NCBI GenBank assembly: GCA_038114285.1
Contig: JAYNQN010000001.1
Location: 120,454-184,453 of the forward strand
From: Gammaproteobacteria bacterium
Lineage (GTDB): Bacteria > Pseudomonadota > Gammaproteobacteria > Poriferisulfidales > GCA-002705445
Reading direction: 5' to 3'
Length of the DNA: 64,000 bases
Of the stretch, positions 32,771 through 45,174 are shown piece after piece (the first letter of the stretch is position 1; the number at the start of each line of letters is the position of its first letter). Both the position numbers and the translations under genes were made by a program. The notes under the pieces are model-generated. The model did no database searches. It was given only the letters and a program-made list of their open reading frames with translations, and was not told the DNA's origin.

Positions 32771-33693
32771 TTTTTTATAATTTTTGATATTTTTAAAGCA
32801 TACTGTAACGCATTAATACCATCATCTGCATTTACAATTGGTTTCTTTTTATTACTTATACAATTTAAAAAACTTTCTATCTCTTCTTTTAGCGAATCAT
32901 TATCAAGAAATTTATCCTGGGTTTTTTCAATATCTAATATACTACCTTTTTTAACTTTTTTATATGAATCTAGGATACAGTTCTGGTAATCAAGTGAATA
33001 ATACTCATTTTTTTGAAATACTCTCATTTTTCTTTCTATCTTATCACTTATTCTGCTTGACGAGAGGTTGCATACGCAGTTATTTTCAAACAGAATTCTT
33101 GCGTGAGCAATATCTATTGAATTTGTTAATACATTTATACCATTAGATTGAATATTTTTTATTTTTGAATTATTTAAGGATATAATAATATCAAGATCAT
33201 GAATCATCAAATCCATTATTACATCAACTTCAGTTCCTCTAATTTTAAAAGGTGATATTCTATTGCATTCTATAAACATTGGTTTTTTTATATGGCTAGA
33301 AAGTTTCGTAAAAGCTTTGTTAAACCTTTCTAAATGGCCAATTTGTAAAATTACGTTATTTTCTTCAGATAGTTTTTTAAGTGCTCTGGCTTCTTTTAAA
33401 TTACTTGCAAAGGGTTTTTCAATAAGAACATGTTTTTTATGTTTTATGAAGTATTTAGCTATTTTGAAATGAAGATTTGTTGGCACAACAATACTTACCG
33501 CGTCAACATAATTTATGATATCTTTAAAATCATGATATATTTTAACATTAAATTTTTTTGATATTTCATTACACCTATTTACATTAGTATCTACTATGCC
33601 TATTAGATCAGCAATTTTACTTTTGTAATATTTCTGTGCGTGAAATTCGCCTAGATACCCAACTCCTATAACAGCAACTTTAGTTTTTCTCAT
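32767..33693 (-). CDS. Gfo/Idh/MocA-family NAD-dependent oxidoreductase, putative UDP-GlcNAc 3-dehydrogenase (GnnA-like)
   Basis: 308 aa with an N-terminal Rossmann motif (KVAVIGVGYLGEFH); operonic with the aminotransferase and lpxB. Confidence 0.6.
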   Translation of the reverse strand: MRKTKVAVIGVGYLGEFHAQKYYKSKIADLIGIVDTNVNRCNEISKKFNVKIYHDFKDIINYVDAVSIVVPTNLHFKIAKYFIKHKKHVLIEKPFASNLKEARALKKLSEENNVILQIGHLERFNKAFTKLSSHIKKPMFIECNRISPFKIRGTEVDVIMDLMIHDLDIIISLNNSKIKNIQSNGINVLTNSIDIAHARILFENNCVCNLSSSRISDKIERKMRVFQKNEYYSLDYQNCILDSYKKVKKGSILDIEKTQDKFLDNDSLKEEIESFLNCISNKKKPIVNADDGINALQYALKISKIIKK

Positions 33694-33759
33694 GTTAAAA
33701 TATATTTTTGTATCTAGGTTACTTATGTACGATAATTGTTATTTATTATAATCTAGTTT

Positions 33760-34326
33760 ATGAAAAAAAAATATACAATTGTTGGTATTGATGAGGCTGG
33801 AAGAGGGCCATTGGCAGGACCTGTTGTCGCTGCTTCTGTTATTATAGATGAAAAAGAGCTTCCAGAAAAAATAAATGACTCAAAGAAGATTAGTGAAAAA
33901 AATAGACAATCATATTATGAAGTTATAATTGATAAAGCATACCAATTTGGTATTGGAATTGTGAGTCCAAGTGAAATTGATACAATTAATATTCATAATG
34001 CTACTTTAAAAGCTATGAAAATTTCTTATGAAAAATTGAATTGTAAAGATCCTAAAATATACATTGATGGTATATATAAGCCAGATATATGCGGGGATTC
34101 ATATGCAATAAAACATGGAGATAGATTAGTGCCTATAATAAGCGCTGCTTCAATACTTGCAAAAGTAACGCGAGATAAAATAATGATGAAAATTGATGAA
34201 GAATTTCCAGTGTATGATTTTAAAAGTCACAAAGGATATCCAACTAAACATCATATAGAAATGATAAAAAAATATGGTACATGTGAATATCATAGAAAAA
34301 CCTTTAAACCAATTAAGTTATTATGA
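33760..34326 (+). CDS. rnhB: Ribonuclease HII
   Basis: IVGIDEAGRGPLAGPVVAA; 188 aa. Confidence 0.95.
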   Translation: MKKKYTIVGIDEAGRGPLAGPVVAASVIIDEKELPEKINDSKKISEKNRQSYYEVIIDKAYQFGIGIVSPSEIDTINIHNATLKAMKISYEKLNCKDPKIYIDGIYKPDICGDSYAIKHGDRLVPIISAASILAKVTRDKIMMKIDEEFPVYDFKSHKGYPTKHHIEMIKKYGTCEYHRKTFKPIKLL

Positions 34327-37300
34327 ATAACAGTTTTGTACATTTACATCTTCACAGTGAATATTCTATATCTGACAGCTTAATTAGAATAAAAGATCTT
34401 TTAAGAAATTCGTCAGAAAAAGAATTTCCAGCAATTGCAATAACTGATGCAAATAATTTATTCTCTTTAGTTAAATTTTATAAAACAGCCATAAAAAATG
34501 GAATAAAACCAATAATAGGTATTGAGGTAGACTTAAAAAATGAAAATAATCACGAAAAAGTTTCAAGGGTAGTTTTATTGTGCAAGAACATGAAGGGATT
34601 TAATAATTTAAGTAATTTAATTACAGATTCATACATTAATCTAAATGAAGATAATAAATTTACAATAACAAGAGAGCAGCTAGCAGAAAGATCTGAAGGC
34701 CTTATAGCTTTATCAGGAGGTATAAACGGTGAATTAGGGAATGCAATAAAGCTTGACAGAAAAGATTTAATTGATGATTCAATTAATTTTTGGAAAAAGA
34801 ACTTCAATAACAGTTTTTATATTGAAATTTCAAGAACCGGAAAAGATTTTGAAGAAGAGTACTTGTCTTATGCAATGGAGCTTGCTGAAAAACATGAGTT
34901 ACCTCTGGTTGCAACTAATGACGTAAGATTTATTAATAAAGAAGATTTTCAGGCACATGAGGTAAGAGTATGTATTAATAATGGAACTTATTTAAAAGAT
35001 GAAAAAAGAAGAAGTGACTACAATGAAAATCAATATTTAAAATCTAGTAAAGAAATGATAGATCTTTTTTCAGATATTCCTTCAGCAATTGAAAATTCTT
35101 TGGAGATAGCAAAAAGATGCAACATACATCTACCATTAGGTGAAATTGCAATGCCTATATTTCCTCTTGATGATGGCCAAGATGAGAATGAATACTTCAA
35201 ATCCTTAGTTAATCAAAGCCTAAATAAAAAATTTTCAGATAAGAATATTCTCAATAAAGAACCTTATTATAATCGTTTAAAGATTGAGCTAGATGTTATT
35301 TTATCAATGGGATACGCAGGTTATTTTTTGATTGTTTCAGATTTTGTTATGTGGGCAAAAAAAAATAATATACCTGTTGGCCCAGGAAGAGGGTCAGGAG
35401 CAGGTTCCCTCGTAGCTTATGTTTTAGATATTACTAACATAGATCCAATAAAATATGATTTATTATTTGAAAGATTTTTGAATCCAGAAAGAGTATCATT
35501 ACCTGATTTTGATATAGATTTTTGTATGGATAAGCGCGACCATGTAATTGACTATGTGGCAAAAAAATATGGCAGAAATAAAGTTAGTCAAATCATTACT
35601 TATGGAACAATGGCAGCAAAAGCTGTTGTTCGTGACGTTGGTAGAGTTTTGCAATACCCTTATGCTTTTGTTGATCAAGTAGCAAAACTTATTCCATTTG
35701 AGATAGGTATTACACTGTCAAAAGCTTTAGAAGATCAAGAGCTAAAAAAATTATATGACTCTGACGATGATGTAAAAGAGATTGTTGATATGGCAAAAAT
35801 TTTGGAAGGCCTGCCAAGAAATGCTGGAACACATGCTGGTGGTATTGTCATTTCCCCAACAGATTTAATAAATTTTACACCATTATATAGAGACAATTCT
35901 TCAAGCTCTATGTTAACCCAACTTGACAAAGACGATGTTGAAGAAATAGGCTTGATAAAATTTGATTTTTTAGGCTTAAGAACTTTAACAGTTATTCAAA
36001 ATACTATTAAAATTATTAATAGAAATAATCATGATAAAGATATTTTTATTTTAGACAATATTCCATTAAATGATGAAGCTACATTTCATCTTTTGAGACA
36101 GCAAAAAACCAATGGTGTTTTTCAATTAGAATCAAGAGGGTTAAAAGACATCATAAAAAGATTAAAGCCTGATAAGTTTGATGACTTAGTTGCCTTGGTT
36201 GCTTTATATAGACCAGGACCTTTGCAATCTGGCATGGTAGACGACTTTATTGATAGAAAGAATGGCGCAAATGTGCAGTATTTGCATCCTCTAATAGAGG
36301 ATGTTTTAAAGCCTACATATGGAGTAATTTTATATCAAGAGCAAGTAATGAAAATAGCTCAAGTATTAGCTGGTTATAGTTTAGGCGCAGCTGATATTTT
36401 AAGAAGAGCTATGGGCAAGAAAAAATTTGAAGAAATGAAACAACAAAGGAGAATATTTGTTGAGGGAGCTATAAAAAATAATGTGGATAAAGCTCAAGCC
36501 GAATATATTTTTGATTTGATGGAAAAATTTGCAGGTTATGGTTTTAATAAGTCGCATTCAGTTGCGTATGCTTTAATAGCATATCAAACAGCTTTTTTAA
36601 AAACACATTATAAAGAACCTTTTATAGCAGCAGTTTTATCAAGTGATATGGATAATACAGATAAGGTGGTAAGATTTGTTAAAGAATGTGAATATATGAG
36701 CATTAATTTGACTCCACCAAATATAAATAAATCTAATTACACATTTACTGTTACGGAAAAAAACGAAATCGTATATGGGCTTGGCGCTATAAAAGGTGTT
36801 GGAAAAGCAATAATTGATATAATATTAAATGAAAGAAGTTTGAATGGTAGTTATAAAAGTTTAGATGATCTTTTAAAAAGGTGTGGCACAAATAAAATCA
36901 ATAAAAGAGTTATTGAGGCGCTAATTAAATCAGGTTCATTTGATACATTTGGCGACACTAGGTCCTCGTTAATGTCAATTTATCCTAAATCTATGAAAAT
37001 GGCTGATCAAAATTCAAAAAATATTCAGCACGGGCAAATAGATATTTTTGGCTTTACAGAGAGTAATGAAAAAAAGAAAGATTTAGAACCAAGTTTTGAG
37101 TGGCCCACAATAAAAAAATTGTCTTATGAAAGAGATGTCTTAGGGTTTTATCTATCTGGACACCCAATAAATGAATATAAAAATGAGCTTAAAAATATAG
37201 TAAGTAATAATTTATATTCTATAAAAAAAAATTATTCTAAAAATGGACCTCAAAAAAATAATATTTATAAAATAGCGGGAGTTATAAATAACATAAGAAT

Positions 37301-37769
37301 TAGAACGACAAGCACAAAAGACAAACTAGCTCAAATTAATCTAGGTGATGATACTGATAATATAGATGTAATAGCGAATAATAATCTTTTAGATAACTCA
37401 ATAAATAGAGATGAAATAGTTATAATTGAGGGAACAATAAGATTTGATGAGTATACTAACAGATTAAGCTTTAGAGCAAAATCTATAGATTCATTAGATC
37501 ACGCAAGAATAAAATATGCTACTGGGTTAAAAATAAAGGTCACAAATGAATCTGATTTATCTGTTTTGACTGAAAAATTAGAAGTTTTTTTTAAAGATAA
37601 TAAGGAATCCGGAAAATGTTTGGTAAGAATTGATTATGTTTCTTCTAATATTGCCAAATCTTTAGTTTTAGGTGAAAAGTATAAAATTTTGCCAACTAAT
37701 GATATAATTACTCAATTAGAAAATTTAGATTGTGTGCAAGATATACAGTTAATATATTCAAAAATGTAA
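34323..37769 (+). CDS. dnaE: DNA polymerase III alpha subunit
   Basis: 1148 aa with an N-terminal PHP domain (FVHLHLHSEYS), polymerase core and OB domain. Confidence 0.95.
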   Translation: MNNSFVHLHLHSEYSISDSLIRIKDLLRNSSEKEFPAIAITDANNLFSLVKFYKTAIKNGIKPIIGIEVDLKNENNHEKVSRVVLLCKNMKGFNNLSNLITDSYINLNEDNKFTITREQLAERSEGLIALSGGINGELGNAIKLDRKDLIDDSINFWKKNFNNSFYIEISRTGKDFEEEYLSYAMELAEKHELPLVATNDVRFINKEDFQAHEVRVCINNGTYLKDEKRRSDYNENQYLKSSKEMIDLFSDIPSAIENSLEIAKRCNIHLPLGEIAMPIFPLDDGQDENEYFKSLVNQSLNKKFSDKNILNKEPYYNRLKIELDVILSMGYAGYFLIVSDFVMWAKKNNIPVGPGRGSGAGSLVAYVLDITNIDPIKYDLLFERFLNPERVSLPDFDIDFCMDKRDHVIDYVAKKYGRNKVSQIITYGTMAAKAVVRDVGRVLQYPYAFVDQVAKLIPFEIGITLSKALEDQELKKLYDSDDDVKEIVDMAKILEGLPRNAGTHAGGIVISPTDLINFTPLYRDNSSSSMLTQLDKDDVEEIGLIKFDFLGLRTLTVIQNTIKIINRNNHDKDIFILDNIPLNDEATFHLLRQQKTNGVFQLESRGLKDIIKRLKPDKFDDLVALVALYRPGPLQSGMVDDFIDRKNGANVQYLHPLIEDVLKPTYGVILYQEQVMKIAQVLAGYSLGAADILRRAMGKKKFEEMKQQRRIFVEGAIKNNVDKAQAEYIFDLMEKFAGYGFNKSHSVAYALIAYQTAFLKTHYKEPFIAAVLSSDMDNTDKVVRFVKECEYMSINLTPPNINKSNYTFTVTEKNEIVYGLGAIKGVGKAIIDIILNERSLNGSYKSLDDLLKRCGTNKINKRVIEALIKSGSFDTFGDTRSSLMSIYPKSMKMADQNSKNIQHGQIDIFGFTESNEKKKDLEPSFEWPTIKKLSYERDVLGFYLSGHPINEYKNELKNIVSNNLYSIKKNYSKNGPQKNNIYKIAGVINNIRIRTTSTKDKLAQINLGDDTDNIDVIANNNLLDNSINRDEIVIIEGTIRFDEYTNRLSFRAKSIDSLDHARIKYATGLKIKVTNESDLSVLTEKLEVFFKDNKESGKCLVRIDYVSSNIAKSLVLGEKYKILPTNDIITQLENLDCVQDIQLIYSKM

Positions 37770-37789
37770 AAAAAATTGCGTGGTAAGTT

Positions 37790-38734
37790 ATGCTTGAATT
37801 TGAGGAGCCTATAAAAAAACTTGAGGATAAGATCGAAGAACTGAGAAATATTGGTTCTGATGGTCAAGTAAATATTGTAGAGGAAATAAACGTTCTTCAA
37901 AAGAAATGTAATGTTTTAATTAAAGACATTTATAGCAATTTAACCCCATGGCAAATAACTCAAATAGCTAGACACCCAAGTAGACCTTATACAATGGACT
38001 ACATAGACTCAATTTTTAAAAATTTTCATGAGCTCCATGGAGATAGAGCCTACGCAGATGATAATGCAATTATTTCTGGAATTGCGCAGTTTCAGGATAT
38101 TTCTGTTGCAGTAATAGGGCATCAAAAAGGCAGAGGAACAAATGATAAGATTAAAAGGAATTTTGGTATGGCTAGGCCTGAAGGATTTAGAAAAGCACTT
38201 AGGGTAATGAAATTAGCAGAAAGATTTAATATGCCAATTATAACTTTTATAGATACTCCTGGAGCTTACCCAGGTATAGATGCCGAAGAGAGAGGACAAA
38301 GTGAAGCTATAGCTACAAATCTTTTAGAAATGTCTGATTTATCTGTGCCTATATTATCTTATGTGATCGGTGAAGGAGGATCAGGTGGTGCATTAGCTAT
38401 CGGAGTTTGTGATCATTTATCAATGTTGGAATATAGTATTTATTCTGTAATATCGCCTGAGGGATGCGCATCTATACTTTGGAAATCCCCAGAAAATGCA
38501 AATTTGGCAGCTGAAGCCATGTGTATTACGGCAGATAACTTACTTAAACTTAAGTTAATAGATGAAGTTATTTCAGAACCTTTAGGAGGAGCTCACAGAA
38601 ATATTTCTCAAGTAACAAAAGATATATCTGCCTCAATTTCAAAAAATTTGAATATTTTTTTTAATATGGATAGTAAAACATTAATTCATAGCAGAAAAGA
38701 TAAATTAAGTTCTATTGGATATTATGTAGAATAA
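37790..38734 (+). CDS. accA: Acetyl-CoA carboxylase carboxyltransferase alpha subunit
   Basis: [23 protein letters not shown] signature; 314 aa. Confidence 0.95.
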   Translation: MLEFEEPIKKLEDKIEELRNIGSDGQVNIVEEINVLQKKCNVLIKDIYSNLTPWQITQIARHPSRPYTMDYIDSIFKNFHELHGDRAYADDNAIISGIAQFQDISVAVIGHQKGRGTNDKIKRNFGMARPEGFRKALRVMKLAERFNMPIITFIDTPGAYPGIDAEERGQSEAIATNLLEMSDLSVPILSYVIGEGGSGGALAIGVCDHLSMLEYSIYSVISPEGCASILWKSPENANLAAEAMCITADNLLKLKLIDEVISEPLGGAHRNISQVTKDISASISKNLNIFFNMDSKTLIHSRKDKLSSIGYYVE

Positions 38735-38735
38735 A

Positions 38736-40004
38736 ATGGAAACATCAGATTTTGACTTTGAGAATCTTTTATCAATTTTCGAAAAATCTATTACAAATAA
38801 TATCGAAATAAAAAATTATAATGAATTCTTGATAGCATATAGTGGTGGTGTTGACTCAACAGCTTTACTATATTTTGCTAATAAAATAGCAAAAAAAAAG
38901 AATATGGCAATCAGGGCAATTCACATAAATCATAATTTAAATAAAGAATCAAAAAACTGGGAATATCATTGTAAAAATTTTTGTAAAAAAAATAATATTA
39001 ATTTTGAGGCTAAAAGTATTAATATCTCTATAAGCTCTGGAGATAGTATTGAGGAAAGAGCAAGAGACGAAAGATATTTTCAAATATATTCATCTATGAA
39101 TGAAGGAAGCATAATGATGACTGCGCATCATTTAGAAGATCAAGCAGAAACATTTTTATACCAGCTATTAAGAGGTTCTGGTTCAAAAGGATTATCCTCA
39201 ATGCCGATTATAAAAAAACTTACAAAAGGAATTCATTTGAGACCTTTTTTGAGTTTAAAAAAAAGCACACTTATAGATATCGTAGAATTTTCTGAATTAA
39301 GTTATGTTAATGATAATTCAAATAGTAATATAAGTTACTCTAGAAATTTTATTCGAAAAAAAGTTATACCTTTAATTGAAAATAGATGGCCAAGTTATGC
39401 CTACACTATATCAAGGTCAGCTAATAATGCAGCAGAATCTATGAAATTAAATAATGACCTAGCTTCAATTGATATCAAAAAATATTTACATGAAGATATG
39501 AATAAGTTAGGCATAGGCGCAAAAGAATTATCTGATTATAGATTTAATAATGTTGTAAGATTTTGGATTCAAAAAAATAAATTTAGAATGCCTACTTCTG
39601 ATCAATTAAAATCTATTTATTTAAATGTTTTTAATGCTGGGGAAGATAAAGCGCCCTTTTTTTTATGCTCTGAATATGAAATCAGAAGAAGTAATAATTA
39701 TATTGAAATTATGAAACCTCTAGAAAAGCATGATCCAGAAAAAATTTATAAATGGAAGTATAAAACTAATTTAGTAATTCCGCATTTGCAAATTGATATT
39801 ACCTGGAAACATCTAGAAGAAAAACTTGGATATCAACTAAGAAAAGATGTTGAGGTAAAATTTAGAAAAAAAGGAGAAAATATAAAATTAAGCCACGACA
39901 AAAGTTTAAAAGATTATATGAGAGAGAATAAAATACCAATATGGAAAAGAGAGAGAACCCCGTTAATTTATGTTGATAAGGAACTCAAAATTATCTTGGA
40001 TTGA
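38736..40004 (+). CDS. tilS: tRNA(Ile)-lysidine synthetase
   Basis: PP-loop SGGVDST; 422 aa; follows accA as in E. coli. Confidence 0.9.
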   Translation: METSDFDFENLLSIFEKSITNNIEIKNYNEFLIAYSGGVDSTALLYFANKIAKKKNMAIRAIHINHNLNKESKNWEYHCKNFCKKNNINFEAKSINISISSGDSIEERARDERYFQIYSSMNEGSIMMTAHHLEDQAETFLYQLLRGSGSKGLSSMPIIKKLTKGIHLRPFLSLKKSTLIDIVEFSELSYVNDNSNSNISYSRNFIRKKVIPLIENRWPSYAYTISRSANNAAESMKLNNDLASIDIKKYLHEDMNKLGIGAKELSDYRFNNVVRFWIQKNKFRMPTSDQLKSIYLNVFNAGEDKAPFFLCSEYEIRRSNNYIEIMKPLEKHDPEKIYKWKYKTNLVIPHLQIDITWKHLEEKLGYQLRKDVEVKFRKKGENIKLSHDKSLKDYMRENKIPIWKRERTPLIYVDKELKIILD

Positions 40005-40012
40005 ACTAAATT

Positions 40013-40204
40013 TTATTTATTTGTATTGATTTTTAATGGCAAGTACAAAGGACACCAACCTAAGATACCTGTTAAAACAGGTACTAAGCCAATAAATCCC
40101 CAAAGCTTTGGTTCTAAAGGAGATAATACTCCCAGATAAAATATTAAAAAACCCGCTAACACCCTTATAAGCCTTTCAAATTTGCCTACATTTATGCAAA
40201 ACAT
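40013..40204 (-). CDS. Small inner-membrane protein of the DUF2892 (YgaP transmembrane-domain-like) family
   Basis: 63 aa with two transmembrane helices and a GWCPLY motif characteristic of DUF2892. Confidence 0.55.
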   Translation of the reverse strand: MFCINVGKFERLIRVLAGFLIFYLGVLSPLEPKLWGFIGLVPVLTGILGWCPLYLPLKINTNK

Positions 40205-40287
40205 TAATGGTTACCTAGTCTATTAAATGAGTATTTATCTTACATGAATATTTTTTTTTTGGAAATTATTAATTTTTTTTTCATAAA

Positions 40288-40316
40288 TTGTAGAATTTAC
40301 TAATATTTGGTAAAAT
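40288..40316 (+). promoter_or_regulatory. Candidate sigma70 promoter for pyrG
   Basis: TTGTAG (40288-40293), a 17-nt spacer, then TAAAAT (40311-40316), about 34 nt upstream of the pyrG GTG start. AT-rich context makes chance matches likely. Confidence 0.25.
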
Positions 40317-40349
40317 ATATTCCCGTCTTGAATAACTTTTTTTATTAGC

Positions 40350-41972
40350 GTGACAAAATACATATTTATAACAGGTGGAGTTGTATCATCTCTAGGAAAG
40401 GGTATTGTGGCAGCATCTTTAGGATCTATTCTTGAATCAAGAAATTTAAGTGTATCTGTTATTAAACTTGATCCTTACATTAATGTGGATCCTGGCACTA
40501 TGAGCCCATCTCAGCATGGAGAGGTTTTTTTTAATTACGATGGAGCTGAGACTGATCTTGATCTAGGTCATTATGAGAGATTTGTGAATTATAAAACTAG
40601 CAAATCAAGTAATTATACAACTGGACAAATTTACGACACAGTTATTAAAAGGGAAAGAAAAGGTGAGTATTTAGGAAGCACTGTTCAGGTGATACCTCAT
40701 ATTACAGATGAAATAATTTTAAATATTAAAAAAGGTTCACTAGATAAAGATGTTTGCATTGTTGAAATAGGAGGGACTGTAGGGGATATAGAATCACTTC
40801 CTTTTATTGAAGCTATTAGACAAATTGGGGTTGAATATGGAAAAGATATTGTTAGTTACATTCATCTCACACTTGTGCCTTATATTAATGCAGCAAATGA
40901 AATAAAAACAAAACCAACTCAGCATTCAGTTAAAGAACTAAGATCTATTGGTATACAACCTGATGTTTTAGTGTGTAGATCAGAAAAAAATATTAGCGAT
41001 CATGAAAAAAAGAAAATTGCTTTATTCACAAATGTCGAAGCTAAGGCTGTGATTAATTCTATTGATGTTGATGATATTTATGAAGTGCCTTTAATACTTC
41101 ATGAACAAGGATTAGACGATATCATAGTAGAAAAATTAAAATTATCTTGTAAATCCGCATCTCTTGATTCGTGGAGAGAATATAAAAATAAAAGAAGTAG
41201 TACAAAAAGAAAAATTAATATAAATATTATTGCGAAGTATGGAAATTATTCAGAGTCATATAAATCTTTAAACGAGGCTATAAAACATGCGGGTGTTCAC
41301 TGTGGGGTTGAAGTGATTATAGAATACATAGATGCTGAAAAATTAAATGAAAGTAGCTATGAGCAATTATTAAAAAATTCTGGAGGTGTAATTGTTCCTG
41401 GTGGTTTTGGAGATAGAGGGATTGAAGGAAAAATAAACGCTATAAAATTTTGCAGAGAAAACAATATTCCTTTTTTAGGAATATGTTTAGGTATGCAAGC
41501 TGCAGTTATCGAATTTTCAAGAAATGTGTGTAATCTTAAAAATTCAAATAGCACTGAGTTTGATAAAAATACAGAGTTTCCTGTTATTGCGCTTATAGAA
41601 GAATGGTTAGATAAAAAAGGTTCGGTTGAGTACCGAGATGTAAATTCAAATATTGGTGGTACAATGAGACTTGGTGAACAAGAATGTATATTAAAACAAG
41701 ATTCAAATGTATATAAAGCTTATAAAACAGATTCTATTCTTGAGAGACATAGACACCGTTACGAATTTAATAATGAATATAAAAATTTATTGGAGAAAAA
41801 TGGATTAATAATATCTGGGTGCTCTTCAGATGGGACTTTAGTTGAAGTAGTAGAGTTAAAGGGCCACCCATGGTTTTTAGGCTGTCAATTTCATCCAGAA
41901 TTTACATCCAAACCAGTAGAAGGACATCCACTATTTATGGCATTTATTAATTCAATTAAGGATATAAAATGA
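40350..41972 (+). CDS. pyrG: CTP synthase
   Basis: [16 protein letters not shown] at the N-terminus and a C-terminal glutamine amidotransferase (GICLGMQ); GTG start. Confidence 0.95.
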   Translation: MTKYIFITGGVVSSLGKGIVAASLGSILESRNLSVSVIKLDPYINVDPGTMSPSQHGEVFFNYDGAETDLDLGHYERFVNYKTSKSSNYTTGQIYDTVIKRERKGEYLGSTVQVIPHITDEIILNIKKGSLDKDVCIVEIGGTVGDIESLPFIEAIRQIGVEYGKDIVSYIHLTLVPYINAANEIKTKPTQHSVKELRSIGIQPDVLVCRSEKNISDHEKKKIALFTNVEAKAVINSIDVDDIYEVPLILHEQGLDDIIVEKLKLSCKSASLDSWREYKNKRSSTKRKININIIAKYGNYSESYKSLNEAIKHAGVHCGVEVIIEYIDAEKLNESSYEQLLKNSGGVIVPGGFGDRGIEGKINAIKFCRENNIPFLGICLGMQAAVIEFSRNVCNLKNSNSTEFDKNTEFPVIALIEEWLDKKGSVEYRDVNSNIGGTMRLGEQECILKQDSNVYKAYKTDSILERHRHRYEFNNEYKNLLEKNGLIISGCSSDGTLVEVVELKGHPWFLGCQFHPEFTSKPVEGHPLFMAFINSIKDIK

Positions 41973-42781
41973 AAAATAATTTTGATTTTAACTTAAATAG
42001 AAAAAATTGCTTTTTTTTGATAGCAGGACCCTGTGTAATTGAAAATGAACAACTAAATTATGAAACAGCTGAAAAACTTAAAGAGATAACTGATAAACAC
42101 TCGATTCCATTCATTTATAAATCTTCTTTATATAAGGCAAATAGAACATCACATAATTCTTATACAGGAATAGGGTATTCAAAAGGACTAGAAATATTAA
42201 ATAAAATAAAATCAGAGTTAGATTTAATGATACTAACGGATGTGCACGAAGATTCACCTTTAGATGAAATAGCGGATGTTGTTGATATATTTCAGACCCC
42301 AGCGTTCTTATGCAGACAGACAAGTTTTATTCAAAATGTAGTTTCTTATAAAATTCCGGTCAATATAAAAAAGGGTCAGTTCCTGTCACCGTGGGAAATG
42401 TCTAATGTTGTTGAAAAAGCTAAATCAACTGGGAATAATGATATTATGGTTTGCGAAAGGGGATTTAGTTTTGGCTATAATAATTTAGTTTCAGACATGC
42501 GTTCGTTGGTAATTATGCGTGAAACAGGTTGTCCTGTTGTATTTGATGCTACACATTCAACACAGTTACCAGGATCAAATAAAGATAGTTCAAGTGGTCA
42601 AAGTCAATTTATTGAGCATTTAGCTAAAGCAGCAGTTGCGGTAGGGATATCTGGAATATTTATGGAAACACATCCAAATCCAAAAGAGGCATTATGCGAT
42701 GGAATGAATTCATTACCATTGGATTCATTAGAAAAACTTTTAATCACATTAAAAGGTATTGATGAGGCATCTAAAGTATAG
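41969..42781 (+). CDS. kdsA: 2-dehydro-3-deoxyphosphooctonate (KDO-8-P) aldolase
   Basis: 270 aa DAHP-synthase-fold protein (LIAGPCVIE...); follows pyrG. Confidence 0.9.
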   Translation: MKNNFDFNLNRKNCFFLIAGPCVIENEQLNYETAEKLKEITDKHSIPFIYKSSLYKANRTSHNSYTGIGYSKGLEILNKIKSELDLMILTDVHEDSPLDEIADVVDIFQTPAFLCRQTSFIQNVVSYKIPVNIKKGQFLSPWEMSNVVEKAKSTGNNDIMVCERGFSFGYNNLVSDMRSLVIMRETGCPVVFDATHSTQLPGSNKDSSSGQSQFIEHLAKAAVAVGISGIFMETHPNPKEALCDGMNSLPLDSLEKLLITLKGIDEASKV

Positions 42782-42824
42782 AAATTTAATTTTAAATCAA
42801 TTATAAACATTTTAAAAAAATATT

Positions 42825-44370
<1,546 letters not shown>

Positions 44371-44376
44371 CAATTT

Positions 44377-45174
44377 ATGATAAATAGAGAGAACAATAAT
44401 GCAAAGCTTTTTTGTATCATGCCGGCAGCTGGAAAAAGCTCTAGGTATAAAAAAGGAAATAAACTTTATGATTACACTCTAGAAAATGGTAATTCAACGG
44501 TAATTATGAATACTATATCGTCTTTTCTTTCTGTAGGTATAGTTGAAAAAATTTTTGTCGGTTATGATAATGCAAATAGAAAAAGTAGAACTTTCAAAGA
44601 CGATTTTATAGAACTATCAGCTCATCCTGAAAATTCAGATTTTTCAAAAGTTAAATTTATAGAAGGTGGCGACGCGCGACAAGAAACTGTATTCAATATT
44701 TTAACATTTATTAGTGATAAATATAGTGATACAGACAAGATTTGGGTTTTAGTGCATGATGCTGCAAGACCTTGTTTAAATGGTTATGAAATCTTATCAT
44801 TTATTAATAAAACTTTAGAGAATAATAAATCTAGCATAATGGCAATACCAGTTTCAGATACAATTAAAAAAGTAGATAAAAATTTAATTATTTCAGAAAC
44901 TGTATCAAGGGAAAATATTTGGGTTGCACAAACACCGCAAATGTTTAAATTTGATGTTTTATTTCAATCTTTAAAATATTGTATTGATATGAATATTAAC
45001 GTTACAGATGAAAGTCAGGCACTTGAAATTCTGGGGCATGAATGCAGTGTTTTAAAAGGTTATTCTCACAATATTAAAATAACTCATGACAGTGATATTA
45101 TCCATGGAAATTGTATTGTAAATCACATATCAAACTATTATTTTAATAACGAATCAGAGGAAAATAATGATTAA
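44377..45174 (+). CDS. ispD: 2-C-methyl-D-erythritol 4-phosphate cytidylyltransferase
   Basis: P-loop-like IMPAAGKSSR and VHDAARP; immediately upstream of ispF. Confidence 0.8.
   Translation: MINRENNNAKLFCIMPAAGKSSRYKKGNKLYDYTLENGNSTVIMNTISSFLSVGIVEKIFVGYDNANRKSRTFKDDFIELSAHPENSDFSKVKFIEGGDARQETVFNILTFISDKYSDTDKIWVLVHDAARPCLNGYEILSFINKTLENNKSSIMAIPVSDTIKKVDKNLIISETVSRENIWVAQTPQMFKFDVLFQSLKYCIDMNINVTDESQALEILGHECSVLKGYSHNIKITHDSDIIHGNCIVNHISNYYFNNESEENND

Noticed and set aside
40247-40256. T10 homopolymer in the DUF2892/pyrG divergent intergenic region, considered as a phase-variation tract
   Set aside because: It is intergenic and not within a coding sequence or an obvious -10/-35 spacer, and homopolymer runs are expected by chance at this AT content. 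The candidate pyrG promoter lies downstream of it.
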